Source: Amoebophrya sp. A120 (lineage: Eukaryota > Protista > Dinoflagellata). From it: a stretch of 64,000 bases of DNA. This document shows positions 11,951-22,713 of the stretch, piece by piece. The first letter of the stretch is position 1. Each line of letters starts with the position of its first letter. Made by a program: the position numbers and the translations under genes. The notes below the pieces were generated by a model. It saw only the letters and a list, made by a program, of their open reading frames with translations, was not told the DNA's origin and ran no database searches. The stretch lies in NCBI GenBank assembly GCA_905178155.1, contig CAJINV010000001.1, forward strand, positions 7,013,794 through 7,077,793. The letters run 5' to 3'.

Positions 11951-13361
11951 TTAGCAAAGCGCAGCTTCTTTTCGGTTTTGCGACACTGCAACCAATCTCT
12001 TGAGAAAAGGCGCATCCGCACGAAGCCGCGTACGCAACCGATGCAGGAGGGCATCGGGCCCTTCGCAATCCACCTGATACATCCGGGTAAGTGTTTCGCA
12101 GAGAAGAAATTCATGCTCAGTAAGCGAATTCAACGTGAGCTGCGGACTCTTCGGGCGGTGCTCCTCGCGATCTATTTTCCGGTCCAGAACCCCGGGAGCG
12201 ATGGTCAACTGCCGGTAGGGTTCGGCCGTGGGGGAATACTTCTGCGAATTTTCCTCCAGCTCCTCGCTCTCCAGTAGAATTCTGCGGGTGCGGAACGTGC
12301 GCTGGTAATAGTCGTCTAGAAACTGTTCAAACGGAATCTTTCTCTGCACGCGCTCCCGAAACCATCGCGGCGCGTGGTGGTCCAGCACGTAATTCCAAAA
12401 ACGTTCGCAGCTTTCTGCAAGGGCGGTTTTCTGCTTCGCGCAGCCCGGAGTGATCGGGCGCTGCGGTGATGGAGGACAATCTCTTTTCTGCAGTGCTGGC
12501 ACCACGGATCCGGACAGGGCAGTTCTATCATCGTTCTCGGAAAAACTGCCGGGAGCGGCGTGAGGATTGTCATTTTCTTCCGCAGAAAGATCGCTCCTCT
12601 CCTCGGAGTACTGCGCATTGGCTCTCGCCGCTAAAACGCCCATTGAGGCGGCGTTGATAGTTGCACGCTGCGCGACGACGTCGTGGTGGTCTCCTGCAAG
12701 TGTAAAAGCAGCCCGGGAATATCGGCGTGGCAAGCTGGTGCCGTACTGCAACGGCCGGTCTGCGTCGGAAAAATCGATTACCAAGTTAACCACGGCAATC
12801 TCTCGTCCAATCAGGAACGGCAGCACGACCGTCCTAGTCGTGGTCGAGCCCTTCCTGACCGCAGGCTGCCTTCCGCTAAGCAAACAATCGACGTCATCGA
12901 GAGTACACGACGGCAGCGCAATCTTGCACCCCCGGCGAGCGAAGGACTGGCGCAGGTCCTGCAGGTAGTGGAGAAGCAAAGGAGATGAACATTTTGCACA
13001 GCGCACGCTGACGCAACAGCAGATGGCATCCGCGCACAGGTTAATATGTGCGCGGCACTAGCAAAAGCACCCGAGCAAGAACCATTCGCAAACAGACAGG
13101 CAGAGGTACCTGGCATAAATCCTTTGCTCGGTTCCGGCCCGCGACCAGCTCACCTTCGAAGTCTGCCCGGAGCGCAACAGCAAATTCCTTTTGCGGGGCT
13201 GCCAGGCCAGCGCTCCGACAGGAACCGGCGACGGACGCAGTATCTGCTTCGACGGTACGGCGGGGAGGGTTGGCGTTTACAACGCACGCAGCGACCCCTA
13301 GCCCGAGGCCGGCCGCCGCTACCGGCCGGAAGTCGGCCGCTCGAAGTCTACACAATCGCAT
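11951..13361 (-). CDS. Hypothetical protein (~419 aa, 2 exons)
   Basis: Exons 13361-13110 and 12958-11951 are joined in frame by a GT-AG intron at 12959-13109. Basic/hydrophobic N-terminus; no recognised domain. Confidence 0.6.
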
Positions 13362-14448
13362 GCGAATGATAGGCCTATTGCTATCGGGTTCTTTAGCCTG
13401 AATTTTGGTTCTCGGAGGAAGCGCCTCTGTTACGTACGACCGCGAGATTAAATTTCCGCTCTAAATGCATCATGTGGGAGTCCTCCGCTCGTACATTCCG
13501 TTATAACAGCCTCGCGCCTACTTTCGCAACGCACGCGGCTCGTCCTAAAGGAACCGCGACGGGTGGTCCCGGCATCCCAGGTCGATGCGGGGCCCCGCTG
13601 CAAAATGGCACTGAGGCAGGAAGGCGCTGCGATGGTTCACAATGGCGGTCGGGTGAATTCGCTGGAGCGGCGCGCGCCGTCTTTGCATCGGCACGAGCCT
13701 CCTGGTTCTGCTGGTGCCGCAAAGGAATTACGGGCCGCGGCCCCCGATATCGCGTCGCCTCGCGGCCCGCGATTTGGGGCCACGGTAGCCAGGCCCCCGC
13801 GACTCCATAACAGTAATAGCAGGCCCCTGCTCAGGCGCTTGGCTGGGCAGCTAGGGACCCGGGGGGGCGGGGGGTAGAGGGGACGGAGTCCCGCCCCGGA
13901 GTGCGGGCCTCATAGGATAATATGGAAACTGCGCCTGCGGAGTCGATCGAGTTTTGTTGGTATAAACAAACTGCATAACCATGAACATAAAGCCTGGCAA
14001 AATACGACTGCCACTGGATTCTGGAGGTTGGGCAGCATATTAATGGACCGTGTAAATATTTTCCAACTTTTGCAGATTGCACAATGTGGAAAAACAGCGC
14101 TTAACTGCAAGGATTTCATAAAAAGAATGCTCATAACTATAATTATGGGGCTTTTTTGTCCGGCAATATAGCACATCTCTGAGGTTTAGCACGACAGTCA
14201 ACATTTTCGCAAGTTTTCAGAATTTTTCAAAACATGTCGGAAGTGGCGGAGTCCCATAATATGAGCACTTTTATACAATCAGCCATTAACTTAACAGGAT
14301 ATAAATGCACTTCTATTGTTTTGCTTCTAGGATTTTTATACTGTTTCGCACAGCTGTAATTTTTCAGAATTTTTAAAAATTTTATGCCAAAATCCTCCCA
14401 GATTTCACCAGTAAACCAGCAATAACTGCGAAACTGGCCAAAACTTTT

Positions 14449-14913
14449 TTGGCAACAACTTCTACGGGAACAGTAAAGCTCTGCCAAGGCGGAGCAGGAA
14501 TACGGGAAATTTTGGATTTGGTGGATATCTTGCGGCTAAGACGTCCGCTGTGGCTGTACTCGGGTGACCGTGCGGCGTGGCTGTATATACACCACACCGC
14601 ACCAGGGAAGCAGTTACTCGGGGCACTCACTCAGAAAGGTGCGCCAGGTTTAGCATCTCTTACGGGAGAACGCCATACCTGGTATGCAGACGGTACAAGC
14701 ATCCGCTGCTACACGGACAACATCAAAAATGGTCCAGATACTGCGGGAAAGTTTTTCCCCGTTGCCACCGAATTTCCCGCGCGAAGATTCTGGAAAGGTG
14801 AAAGCAAGTTGGAAATTGTGGAAGAACGAGGAAACCTGCAGCGGTTTGCGCGACAGCTGCTGGAAAAGGATCCAGCGTCGGGGGTATCGGGAAGCCAGGA
14901 AGAGTCACAGTAA
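14449..14913 (+). CDS. Hypothetical ORF inside the inserted element (non-ATG start in the ORF track)
   Basis: 154-codon open frame with protein-like composition within AT-rich sequence; no homology recognised. Confidence 0.3.
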   Translation: MATTSTGTVKLCQGGAGIREILDLVDILRLRRPLWLYSGDRAAWLYIHHTAPGKQLLGALTQKGAPGLASLTGERHTWYADGTSIRCYTDNIKNGPDTAGKFFPVATEFPARRFWKGESKLEIVEERGNLQRFARQLLEKDPASGVSGSQEESQ

Positions 14914-15523
14914 GTCTTTTACTGATGTTTATAAAAAGTCTCTACTCTTTTCAGGGAACAGCTTCAGGCTTAACAATTAGAAGAGAAAGAGGATAGGTGA
15001 TCAATTCTTTTTGAAAAGATCCACATGCGAAGATCATCTTCGTGCTTATTTTTTGTGGCAAAAAGATGAATTCTTCAGCAAGTTACTCAGAAAAGGAAAA
15101 GAAGACGTCTTTATCATCTGTGGAAGCGTCTTCTCATAAAAAGATCTACACTCTCCGCGTGCGAACATTGGACAGATCTTAGCTGCTGTTTCGTTGGTTG
15201 GTGGTTTTGGTGGTCGTGCTTGTTTTTGAAATTATCATTAAAAATTTCTTTTCAGGGAAAATCATTTTCAAACGGCTGTATCTTTCTTTAGGCGACAAAA
15301 AGATTTAAGATTGAAGCAAAAGCAAAAAAGTGAATCAACGCTACTTATTTGAAACAAGCGACGCATCTCTATTGCAATCATTCTCTACACCCTTTTAAAT
15401 ACAGCGACTATTTACAACGACAACTTTAAAGCGACTCTTTAAGCGACATTTTGAAAAAACTTCCTTTGCTGTATCTCGAAAAGAAACTCTAAAGATTAGC
15501 TTAATCTGACTCCTTCCTGCACG

Positions 15524-18076
15524 ATGCCGCCGAAGGCAAAGGCCAAGCCCAAGGCAAAGCCGCAGGCGAAGAGGCAGCCACGCAGCCAAGGACTGCCTCT
15601 AGGACAACAGGCGCTGCCGAATCAGCAGGAACAACAGCCGCAACAGCAAGGAAATAACGCTGTTGGTCAGTTCCAGATTCCTGCGGGTTTTATCCCTATA
15701 TTGGATCCGAGTGGTAATCTGGTAGGGATTCAGCAGCTGGCTCCGGCTGCTCCTGTGATCGCCAACCCCGGGGCTAAACCGAAGGCGGCCAGGGGAAGAC
15801 CGCGTTCGTCTAGTGGACATAAAAGACAGCTAAAGGCAAAACGGCAGGCGAGGTGGAAGGAAAAGAAACTCGGGAAGAAGCAGCCAAAGAAGAAAGGAAA
15901 AGGGAGAAGGCAAAGCGTGCTGTCTGATAGCTCGGAGTCGGAGGAAGAAAACAACAACTTTTTAGCAATTGAAGACGCACAAGGAGAAGGACTTCTTGCT
16001 ATCGAGGATATTCCCCGTAACCTTCCGGCTATCCAAGATGAAGCCAACGAATACGGCAGCCGGTCTCCTGCTTTTGTCCCGGATCAAGGGCAAGAAAACG
16101 CAGGAGGAGAAGCGCCAAGAAATGCGGGAAATATTAATGCGTCTATCACTCCGAACACAGGACCGGTTCCGTCCCCGCCTCCACCTCCGGCGTTGATTTT
16201 AGGAGCAAGCTCTTCTTCCGGGAGCCAGAATGTCGCACAAGGACAAGCATCGTCGTCATCTTCCGGTGTACCGCGACCATTTCCGCTGCCGCAACTTCGT
16301 CCACGTATTCAGCCGAAGGCGAAAAGTGGACAGTTGAGCATGTCCAGGATTAACCGTCTGTGTGCCGGTAAGCCTCCGAGCTCCGGGTCTGATTCTTCAA
16401 ACAGCTCGGGATCTGACACGTGCACGGAGTCAGATGAGGACGAAGAGGAGCGCGCAATGCGAAAACAACAAGAATATTTAAACAAGGAAAACAGCAAAAA
16501 GCGGAAGCGCGGCTGCAGCTTTGACCGGGAAGAAGAAAGAGCTGTGCGTCGCGCGGAAACGGAAGGACGTTTTTGGCCTACCTATGGCGAGGATGATGAC
16601 GAGGAGGAAGAAGAGGAAGAAGAAGGACAAGTGGATCTTCGTGGTGCAAAGTGCGGACCAATTCTGGACATCGGAGATGATTTAAACGACTTTATTGTAG
16701 ATGATCCTCTTGAAGCAGGAGTGGAAGAAGGAGGGGTGTTGGAAGACGGAGTTTACGTGTCGACTGTGTACGAAGATGCGCAACTGCGGATCACCATTTT
16801 GCGTCGACCGGGAGAGCGGTGGCCAAAGGGTCTGCGGGTTTTCTGGAAGACGTCTAAACCTACGTTGACGTTGGAAGGATACAATCCGGAAAAATTCGGC
16901 CGGTTTCTGTACCAAACAAAGGACACCGGCTTTGTTGACAAAACAGAACTCACGGAGTGGGCCCAAGTGATTGTCAACACAATTGACGGGCAGAATCGAG
17001 CCTGGGATTATTTAACCGACTCTATGTGGGAAAGCGACAATGTGCTTGATTTTATCAAGTACATGCGGGGCCTTCAAGCAGCAGCTGCCTCCGCTCCTGT
17101 GCCCACAGCCTTGGACGAGTTAGATGACCTGTTCGCAGATGACAACCCAGTCGCTCCGGCTGCAGTGCAACCGTCTCCAACTGCCACTTCAGTTCAGACT
17201 TCTACCACGACAACGACTCATGCTCAACCCTCCACAAACATCAGTTCTGCTCAGCCTTCGACAAACGTATCAAATACAACTGCGTCTTCATCAGTGGGTA
17301 CGACGAAGAAAAAGGAGAAAAAGGAAACATTGCTGCCAACCGAGTCAGATGAAGAGGGTGGAGACGAAAATGGGAATAAACCATCTCCAGAACAAGAACC
17401 CCCTGCCTCGGTGAGTCCTGAAAAATTAATTGAAGAAATTATTTCCCCGACGGAAGCTCAACAAAACTTGACTCGCTTCCTGGGAAATAGCAGTGTCATT
17501 GTGGGAGGACGCACATCAGCGAGCGGCAGCAGTGCCAGTAGCGCTGCCGATGACGACCATCACTGCCCTCCTTTTCAGCCCAGAGAAGACATAGACTGGG
17601 ATCCCTCCATGCCGTTGCCTGCCACGTTTCCGACCATCAACTCTCCGGCTCACAGTCCAGATGTACAGCCGGAGTCGGCCACGCGGAACGTTCTGCCTTT
17701 ATCTGATTTAGCCCATGCTCTTCCCGATCTGGACATTGCTACCCTGGACCACCTGATCAATGTAACCGCGGAATTGGCGGGGCAAGAAAATGAAGACGTT
17801 CAAGCCGGTTCGTCGCAGTCGCAACAACAGGCGTCTCAGGTTGAGCCGCTGGATCAGTCGATTTATGAACAAGTGGTGGCTGACCAACAGCTTGCGCTGG
17901 CATTGATGCAAGAGGAGCAAGCACTGGGACCGCTGGACATTGGCACTACCTTAACTGGGGAGCGGTATAATGCAGATGCGCATCTGCAAATCGCACCGAG
18001 CCCAGCGATGGCGTGCTGCATCATCATCGTCTTCCGCGGCGCAGAACCACAACGACTTCCATCGCCACAACATTGA
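15524..18076 (+). CDS. Element cargo ORF1: Lys/Arg-rich N-terminus, acidic low-complexity tracts, one globular-looking segment
   Basis: 850-aa intronless ATG ORF (MPPKAKAKPKAK...). Third codon positions are visibly more A/T-rich than in neighbouring host genes. Confidence 0.7.
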   Translation: MPPKAKAKPKAKPQAKRQPRSQGLPLGQQALPNQQEQQPQQQGNNAVGQFQIPAGFIPILDPSGNLVGIQQLAPAAPVIANPGAKPKAARGRPRSSSGHKRQLKAKRQARWKEKKLGKKQPKKKGKGRRQSVLSDSSESEEENNNFLAIEDAQGEGLLAIEDIPRNLPAIQDEANEYGSRSPAFVPDQGQENAGGEAPRNAGNINASITPNTGPVPSPPPPPALILGASSSSGSQNVAQGQASSSSSGVPRPFPLPQLRPRIQPKAKSGQLSMSRINRLCAGKPPSSGSDSSNSSGSDTCTESDEDEEERAMRKQQEYLNKENSKKRKRGCSFDREEERAVRRAETEGRFWPTYGEDDDEEEEEEEEGQVDLRGAKCGPILDIGDDLNDFIVDDPLEAGVEEGGVLEDGVYVSTVYEDAQLRITILRRPGERWPKGLRVFWKTSKPTLTLEGYNPEKFGRFLYQTKDTGFVDKTELTEWAQVIVNTIDGQNRAWDYLTDSMWESDNVLDFIKYMRGLQAAAASAPVPTALDELDDLFADDNPVAPAAVQPSPTATSVQTSTTTTTHAQPSTNISSAQPSTNVSNTTASSSVGTTKKKEKKETLLPTESDEEGGDENGNKPSPEQEPPASVSPEKLIEEIISPTEAQQNLTRFLGNSSVIVGGRTSASGSSASSAADDDHHCPPFQPREDIDWDPSMPLPATFPTINSPAHSPDVQPESATRNVLPLSDLAHALPDLDIATLDHLINVTAELAGQENEDVQAGSSQSQQQASQVEPLDQSIYEQVVADQQLALALMQEEQALGPLDIGTTLTGERYNADAHLQIAPSPAMACCIIIVFRGAEPQRLPSPQH

Positions 18077-19961
18077 TCAACATCGGTCGGGAAGGAGACG
18101 CTCTAGATCAAGAAGGAGGCGATCTGTTTCTCGTGGAAGACGCAATAGTGGGCTGCTAGCACGACGTACTCCGAGCAAGAAGTGGAGCAAGAGACATGAT
18201 CCCTCCCACGCGCGGCGTAGGGAGTGCAAATACTTCTGTCAACTGCATGGTTGGAATACCACGCACGCCAGCGACGACTGTTATCGTCTAAACGACATTA
18301 CGGAGTATGTGCAGGTAGAATGGAATCTGTGGGTTCCCTGGCACATCTATTGGAGGGATTACGCACATCTTTATTGGAACAACGCCGACGAGGAATGGAG
18401 AGATGAAGCAGTCGCAGCAGAAAACTCGTACTCTCGAGCTCATCCAGAAGAACAAGAACCGGAGGCGGAAGCACCGCCACCCGTTACTCCTGTCGCTGCT
18501 CCTCAAGAAGACGCTGTAATGGAAGACGTGGAAATGGAAAATGCAAACAACAATGATCCCGTCCCGGTGGAGCCAGTGACTCAGGAGCAGCCTTCCGCAG
18601 GTGCGCGACGCGGTTCTCCAATCCCCGAATCCAGCCCGTTGGATGAAGATCGTGCCCGTCGTACGTCTTCGGGCATGGAGATCGATCCCTCTTCGGAAGG
18701 AAGTGGTGAGATCTTTGGGGATGGGCAGGAAAACGAAGAGGAGACGGAAATTGCATCTCCGCCTCCTTCTGCGTCTCCACCTGAAACACAGCTGGCGATC
18801 TTTGACCCGGAAGTTAGAAAGGAGAAGCTGCGGGTTTGGGGATTGAACGTCAACGCTGTCCGATCTACGACGGAACAAATTCGGAACTTGCCGGAGTTCA
18901 AGAAAATTCTGGAAAAATACGGAACAAATAAGTTCTTGCAGTTGGTCCGCTACGGTTTTAACAAGAACATGGCTTCTTCGCCGGTGATTGGGTTAGTGGA
19001 TGGGGCCATCGAGCATCAACGGGAATTGGAGAGCGATGAGCAAATTCCCGCTTCTCCGTCTCCTGGGGATGTCGCTGCACCTCCACCAGAACAAGAAAAC
19101 GCAGATCAAGAATTAGCGTCTCCTGACTTGTCACAACAAGGAATTCCCGTGAACAGCGTCGCCGCGATCTTGGATGACGCCGTTGGTGCGACGGCTGAAG
19201 AGGAAGAAAGCTTTGCAATGATGGATGAAATTCCCACGGAAGAACAAGAACAGGCAGAAGACCTTACGAGGATGTATGAAGTTCACGCGGGAGATTATCT
19301 GCCGACTTTGTCCGGATCTCCTGTGTCTCCAGAGCAGCCTGTTGTTCCATTGTGGTCTGATTTTGTGGAACAGGGAGGAAATGAACAAGAATTGGAAGCT
19401 CCGCGTTCTCCAGAAAAAGACATCCAAGAAGAATACGAACAATTGGTTGAAGATGTGATGGAAGCAACTGGAACTGTTGCTGCAGACGTCGAACGATCAC
19501 GGTTCAGACTTCCGGTTCTGCAGAATTCGTCTCTGCGTCCGGAAGTGCGGGATGAGCAAGGTGGTGATGACAATAGTGAGAACGTCGGAAATGCTGACCA
19601 GGAGAATCAGCAGGCCAATGATCAGGATCTCGGTGGAAACAACAACATCGTCGTTCAAAACAACAGCGTCGTCGTGCAGGACAATAATCAACAAGTGATT
19701 GCAAACATGTCTCCCGTTGTTGATCAAGGAAATACGGCAAGCGTAGCCGTGCAAACGACGGGCGATGATCAACAGGCGCAAGTAGATGGAGAAATTGATC
19801 TTGATGCGCAACCAGGAATTTACAACCTCGCTCCTGGAACTTACAGCGTAAACTTCAGGATCTCGGAAGAGCGGTCCTGCAATATCCAGCAAAAGAACAA
19901 TTCGTTACCAGCAAGGCAGAATAGAATCATCCGGAATAACATCAGAAGATTCCAGCAGTAG
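17970..19961 (+). CDS. Element cargo ORF2 with RS-rich tract and C-x2-H-x5-H-x4-C zinc-knuckle-like motif; probably the frameshifted continuation of ORF1
   Basis: 663-aa ORF overlapping ORF1 by 107 nt in the +1 frame. FCQLHGWNTTHASDDC followed by a Trp-rich segment. Confidence 0.7.
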   Translation: MQMRICKSHRAQRWRAASSSSSAAQNHNDFHRHNIDQHRSGRRRSRSRRRRSVSRGRRNSGLLARRTPSKKWSKRHDPSHARRRECKYFCQLHGWNTTHASDDCYRLNDITEYVQVEWNLWVPWHIYWRDYAHLYWNNADEEWRDEAVAAENSYSRAHPEEQEPEAEAPPPVTPVAAPQEDAVMEDVEMENANNNDPVPVEPVTQEQPSAGARRGSPIPESSPLDEDRARRTSSGMEIDPSSEGSGEIFGDGQENEEETEIASPPPSASPPETQLAIFDPEVRKEKLRVWGLNVNAVRSTTEQIRNLPEFKKILEKYGTNKFLQLVRYGFNKNMASSPVIGLVDGAIEHQRELESDEQIPASPSPGDVAAPPPEQENADQELASPDLSQQGIPVNSVAAILDDAVGATAEEEESFAMMDEIPTEEQEQAEDLTRMYEVHAGDYLPTLSGSPVSPEQPVVPLWSDFVEQGGNEQELEAPRSPEKDIQEEYEQLVEDVMEATGTVAADVERSRFRLPVLQNSSLRPEVRDEQGGDDNSENVGNADQENQQANDQDLGGNNNIVVQNNSVVVQDNNQQVIANMSPVVDQGNTASVAVQTTGDDQQAQVDGEIDLDAQPGIYNLAPGTYSVNFRISEERSCNIQQKNNSLPARQNRIIRNNIRRFQQ

Positions 19962-21469
19962 TCGCGAAAAGACGGGATTGAAGAGATGTGAAAAGGAGAT
20001 GATTATCCGAAGAAAGACATTTGAATTATCTTCAGACTAGAGCGTGAGTATAGCTATCACATCTTTTTATATCAAATGGGTAGTGCTTCTCATTCAATAG
20101 ATGAAAATCGCTGTTTCAGAAAAGACGTTTTTTCCAGAACCACAGCAATACACGCTTGCATCTACTGAGACGTAGGGTGCTAAGTGATCCATCAATTTCA
20201 AATTCCTCGGTAAAGTTTTTTGCTGGAGAAAAACTTATTGGAAAAAACAAAGAAATAAAGCTGTCAAATATTCATCGGTGAAGACTGGATTGCCAATACT
20301 TGTTTTTTGACAATAAGAAGAACACTGGGACACACAAGCAACAAGACCTATAAAAGACAGCTTAATAAAAAACTCACTCAGCTTTTTGCTTCGCACGATC
20401 ATCGGGCACAATCTTGAATTTTTATATCTCTCTTTTTTTGCTGTCGCCCCACAGCCAATTTTTTGTTGGAAGTTTTCGAGGAAGGCAACACGACATTCAT
20501 GCGAACAGAAAAAATCTCTCACTTCAATCAAAAACAGTAGAAGAGATTTTCGCGAAGACGACAGCGGCCTTGTTTGTCTGTCTTAACTCGACTTCTAAAA
20601 CTAATTTTTAAATAAAAAACTGAAAAAAGTAAAAAACACTTAAAAACCAAAAAACACAAAAAACAACCTTGCTTCGCGCTCTCGATCGACTCTCTGTTGA
20701 TCTCCTTCTGAGTAAGGACGAGCGGGGATTTCTCTCCAGTTCTTGTTTTCCACTACATCACGGCTTTTAAGAAGATTCGGTTTAATCTGGTCAGACGAGT
20801 CGGCTTTATCGTAAGAAGACGTTTTAGTCGTACATTATTCGTTGCCAATCGTATGTCGTTGCAGACGCAAAAATAAGCCATCTACTTTCGGCGAGCTCGT
20901 CCGTCGTTGAGGAAGCGTTCAGTTGCGGATTTCTCGGAATTGTTCGACGACCAGTTTTAACCCGTTTCTGACATTTTAGGGATGTATCAATTTATGCAAT
21001 TTGTGAACCACGCTATAACGAATATTGACAAAAATTAAGAAAATGCATCCATATTAGGTGTAGCGAGATTGTTCTCCTGTTTTGTACATTTTTTACCGCC
21101 CAGAAAATTTTGTGTTTTTTTTAATTTTTTAGGGTGTGAAAAGGTAAGACATTTATGATTATCTGCGTTAATATATAATGTGTAAACCATCATACTTATT
21201 GCAGGAGTCTTCATCTTTGAGGTTTTTATATGTATTCTTTGAGATGTACACTATCAAAAATTCTGCAGGAAAATTCTGCAGGATTTTTTGTAATTTTGAA
21301 AAACTGCATTTTTATGAGATTCATCATACTAATTTGCTGTAGTGGGTGAAAAAAAAACGCAAAACATTAATTGCCTAATGCGATTCCTAATAGTGCGCTA
21401 CTGCGTGGTGAATTGTTCTGGCATCCTGCTTTTGGGCCTATTTTACCCCCCCCCCCCCGCCCCCGGAAG

Positions 21470-22250
21470 GCTCAAATGATGGCCCACCGGAAACCAGGGG
21501 GTCGATCTTTGGACTGAGTCTGCATAAGGAGAGGACCAGTGTTGGGGGGGGGGGATGGTTAAACTTGGATGACCAAGGGAAATGAATCCCCTAGTGCCGC
21601 GGGTGGCAACGGGCCTCGTCGGGGCGCAGGGTTCGTATGCCCCGGCGAACGGGCGCGTAAGGCTTCCGCGGCCGGCCGCCCCGTGGTCCGGCAGGAGCGC
21701 TCCGGATTCTCCGGCGGGGCTGGGCTAAAAATGCATCGCAGAGGCCGCGGATTGCTCCCGTCGGCGCAGCGTCAGAACGCGCACCGCGAAATGCGTTGGC
21801 GCGCTCTTGAGACGGTTTAAATACATTACCAAACTCGGCCCCCTTCCAGTCTCCGTTGCCTCGCGGATTGGCATTTGCGAACACCGGCCAGGTGCGGAAG
21901 TCACCGTCTTCCGGCGCCGGCGTTGCGAACTTGGATCCTGATCGCGGCAGCCTTTTTGATCAAGCTCATCCGCGGAAGTCGCCACACGGCTGGTCCGAGG
22001 ACGGATATAGGGCCCGGTAAGCGCTCCGGCCCGCGCGCAAAAGCCCGCGACCGGGGAAAGCGGGCCGGCCTGGCCCAACCCGGCCCCGTTTGGTATTTTT
22101 CGGCGATCCCGAACCTTGATCAACCTGTTCGTAGACATAGTGTCTACGGACGTATTTTCGCGCCTTAACTTTGCGAAACATGAAACAACAGGACTGGTCG
22201 TGAAGTTAGCGCGCGGATTCACGGGAATGATCCAACGGCCTAGATGCACC
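21470..22250 (-). pseudogene. Degenerate GC-rich Ty3/Gypsy-like pol fragment (RT thumb region)
   Basis: Minus-strand translation MPIRE...GRGPSLVMYLNRL resembles the RT thumb consensus P.....R.FLG.VNYL.RF and parallels the relic at 57.7 kb. Confidence 0.35.
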
Positions 22251-22713
22251 GCACTGCCTGCTCTCGTATTTGCACTTCCTGCTTCTTTGTCGTAACAGGA
22301 GGGCCTCTTCTATTTCGTGTGATCATAGCTGTCTCTTCGCCACTGGTGTCGTGGACGTCGTGCACCGTTTCCTTCTTGCTTACTTGCATCATATCTATTC
22401 GAGATACGAGTGATCATGTTCTGCAATCGCTTCGACTAGGGCATTTCGTTTGAATCGTTACCCGGACAAAATTCGCGAGTACGTATAAAATCGGCATTCG
22501 TTTTCCCCATCGTCGTATTCTCGTTTACCACCGTTGCATTTTTTGTTCCTGCGCAGCGAACCTTCGCAACAGAAAATAAGCTGCATCGATCGCAACAACT
22601 ATTAGCAAATTTTTTTTTGGGTTTGGGTCTTGTCTATCACGACGAGGCTCTGTTCTGCGCCCTTTCGTGCACAAATCATCGTCATCAGCGCCGGGTGATC
22701 GTTCCACGTGCGG

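Larger units (their letters stand above)
13859..21466. mobile_element. Putative ~7.6 kb inserted element with G-run/C-run inverted ends, AT-rich subterminal regions and intronless cargo
   Basis: Left end CC-G7-C-G6-TA (13859-13876); right end TA-C13-G-C5-GG (21444-21466). CAGAATTTT motifs at ~14218 and ~14365 recur inverted (AAAATTCTG twice) at ~21257-21280. Sharp compositional change from the GC-rich flanks. No clear TSD and no transposase. Confidence 0.5.

Noticed and set aside
20235-20960. Short minus-strand coding-like stretches inside the 7.6-kb element (FCSHECR; ...NKNWREIPARPYSE...)
   Set aside because: Interrupted by stops, with no start or homology; cannot support a gene.
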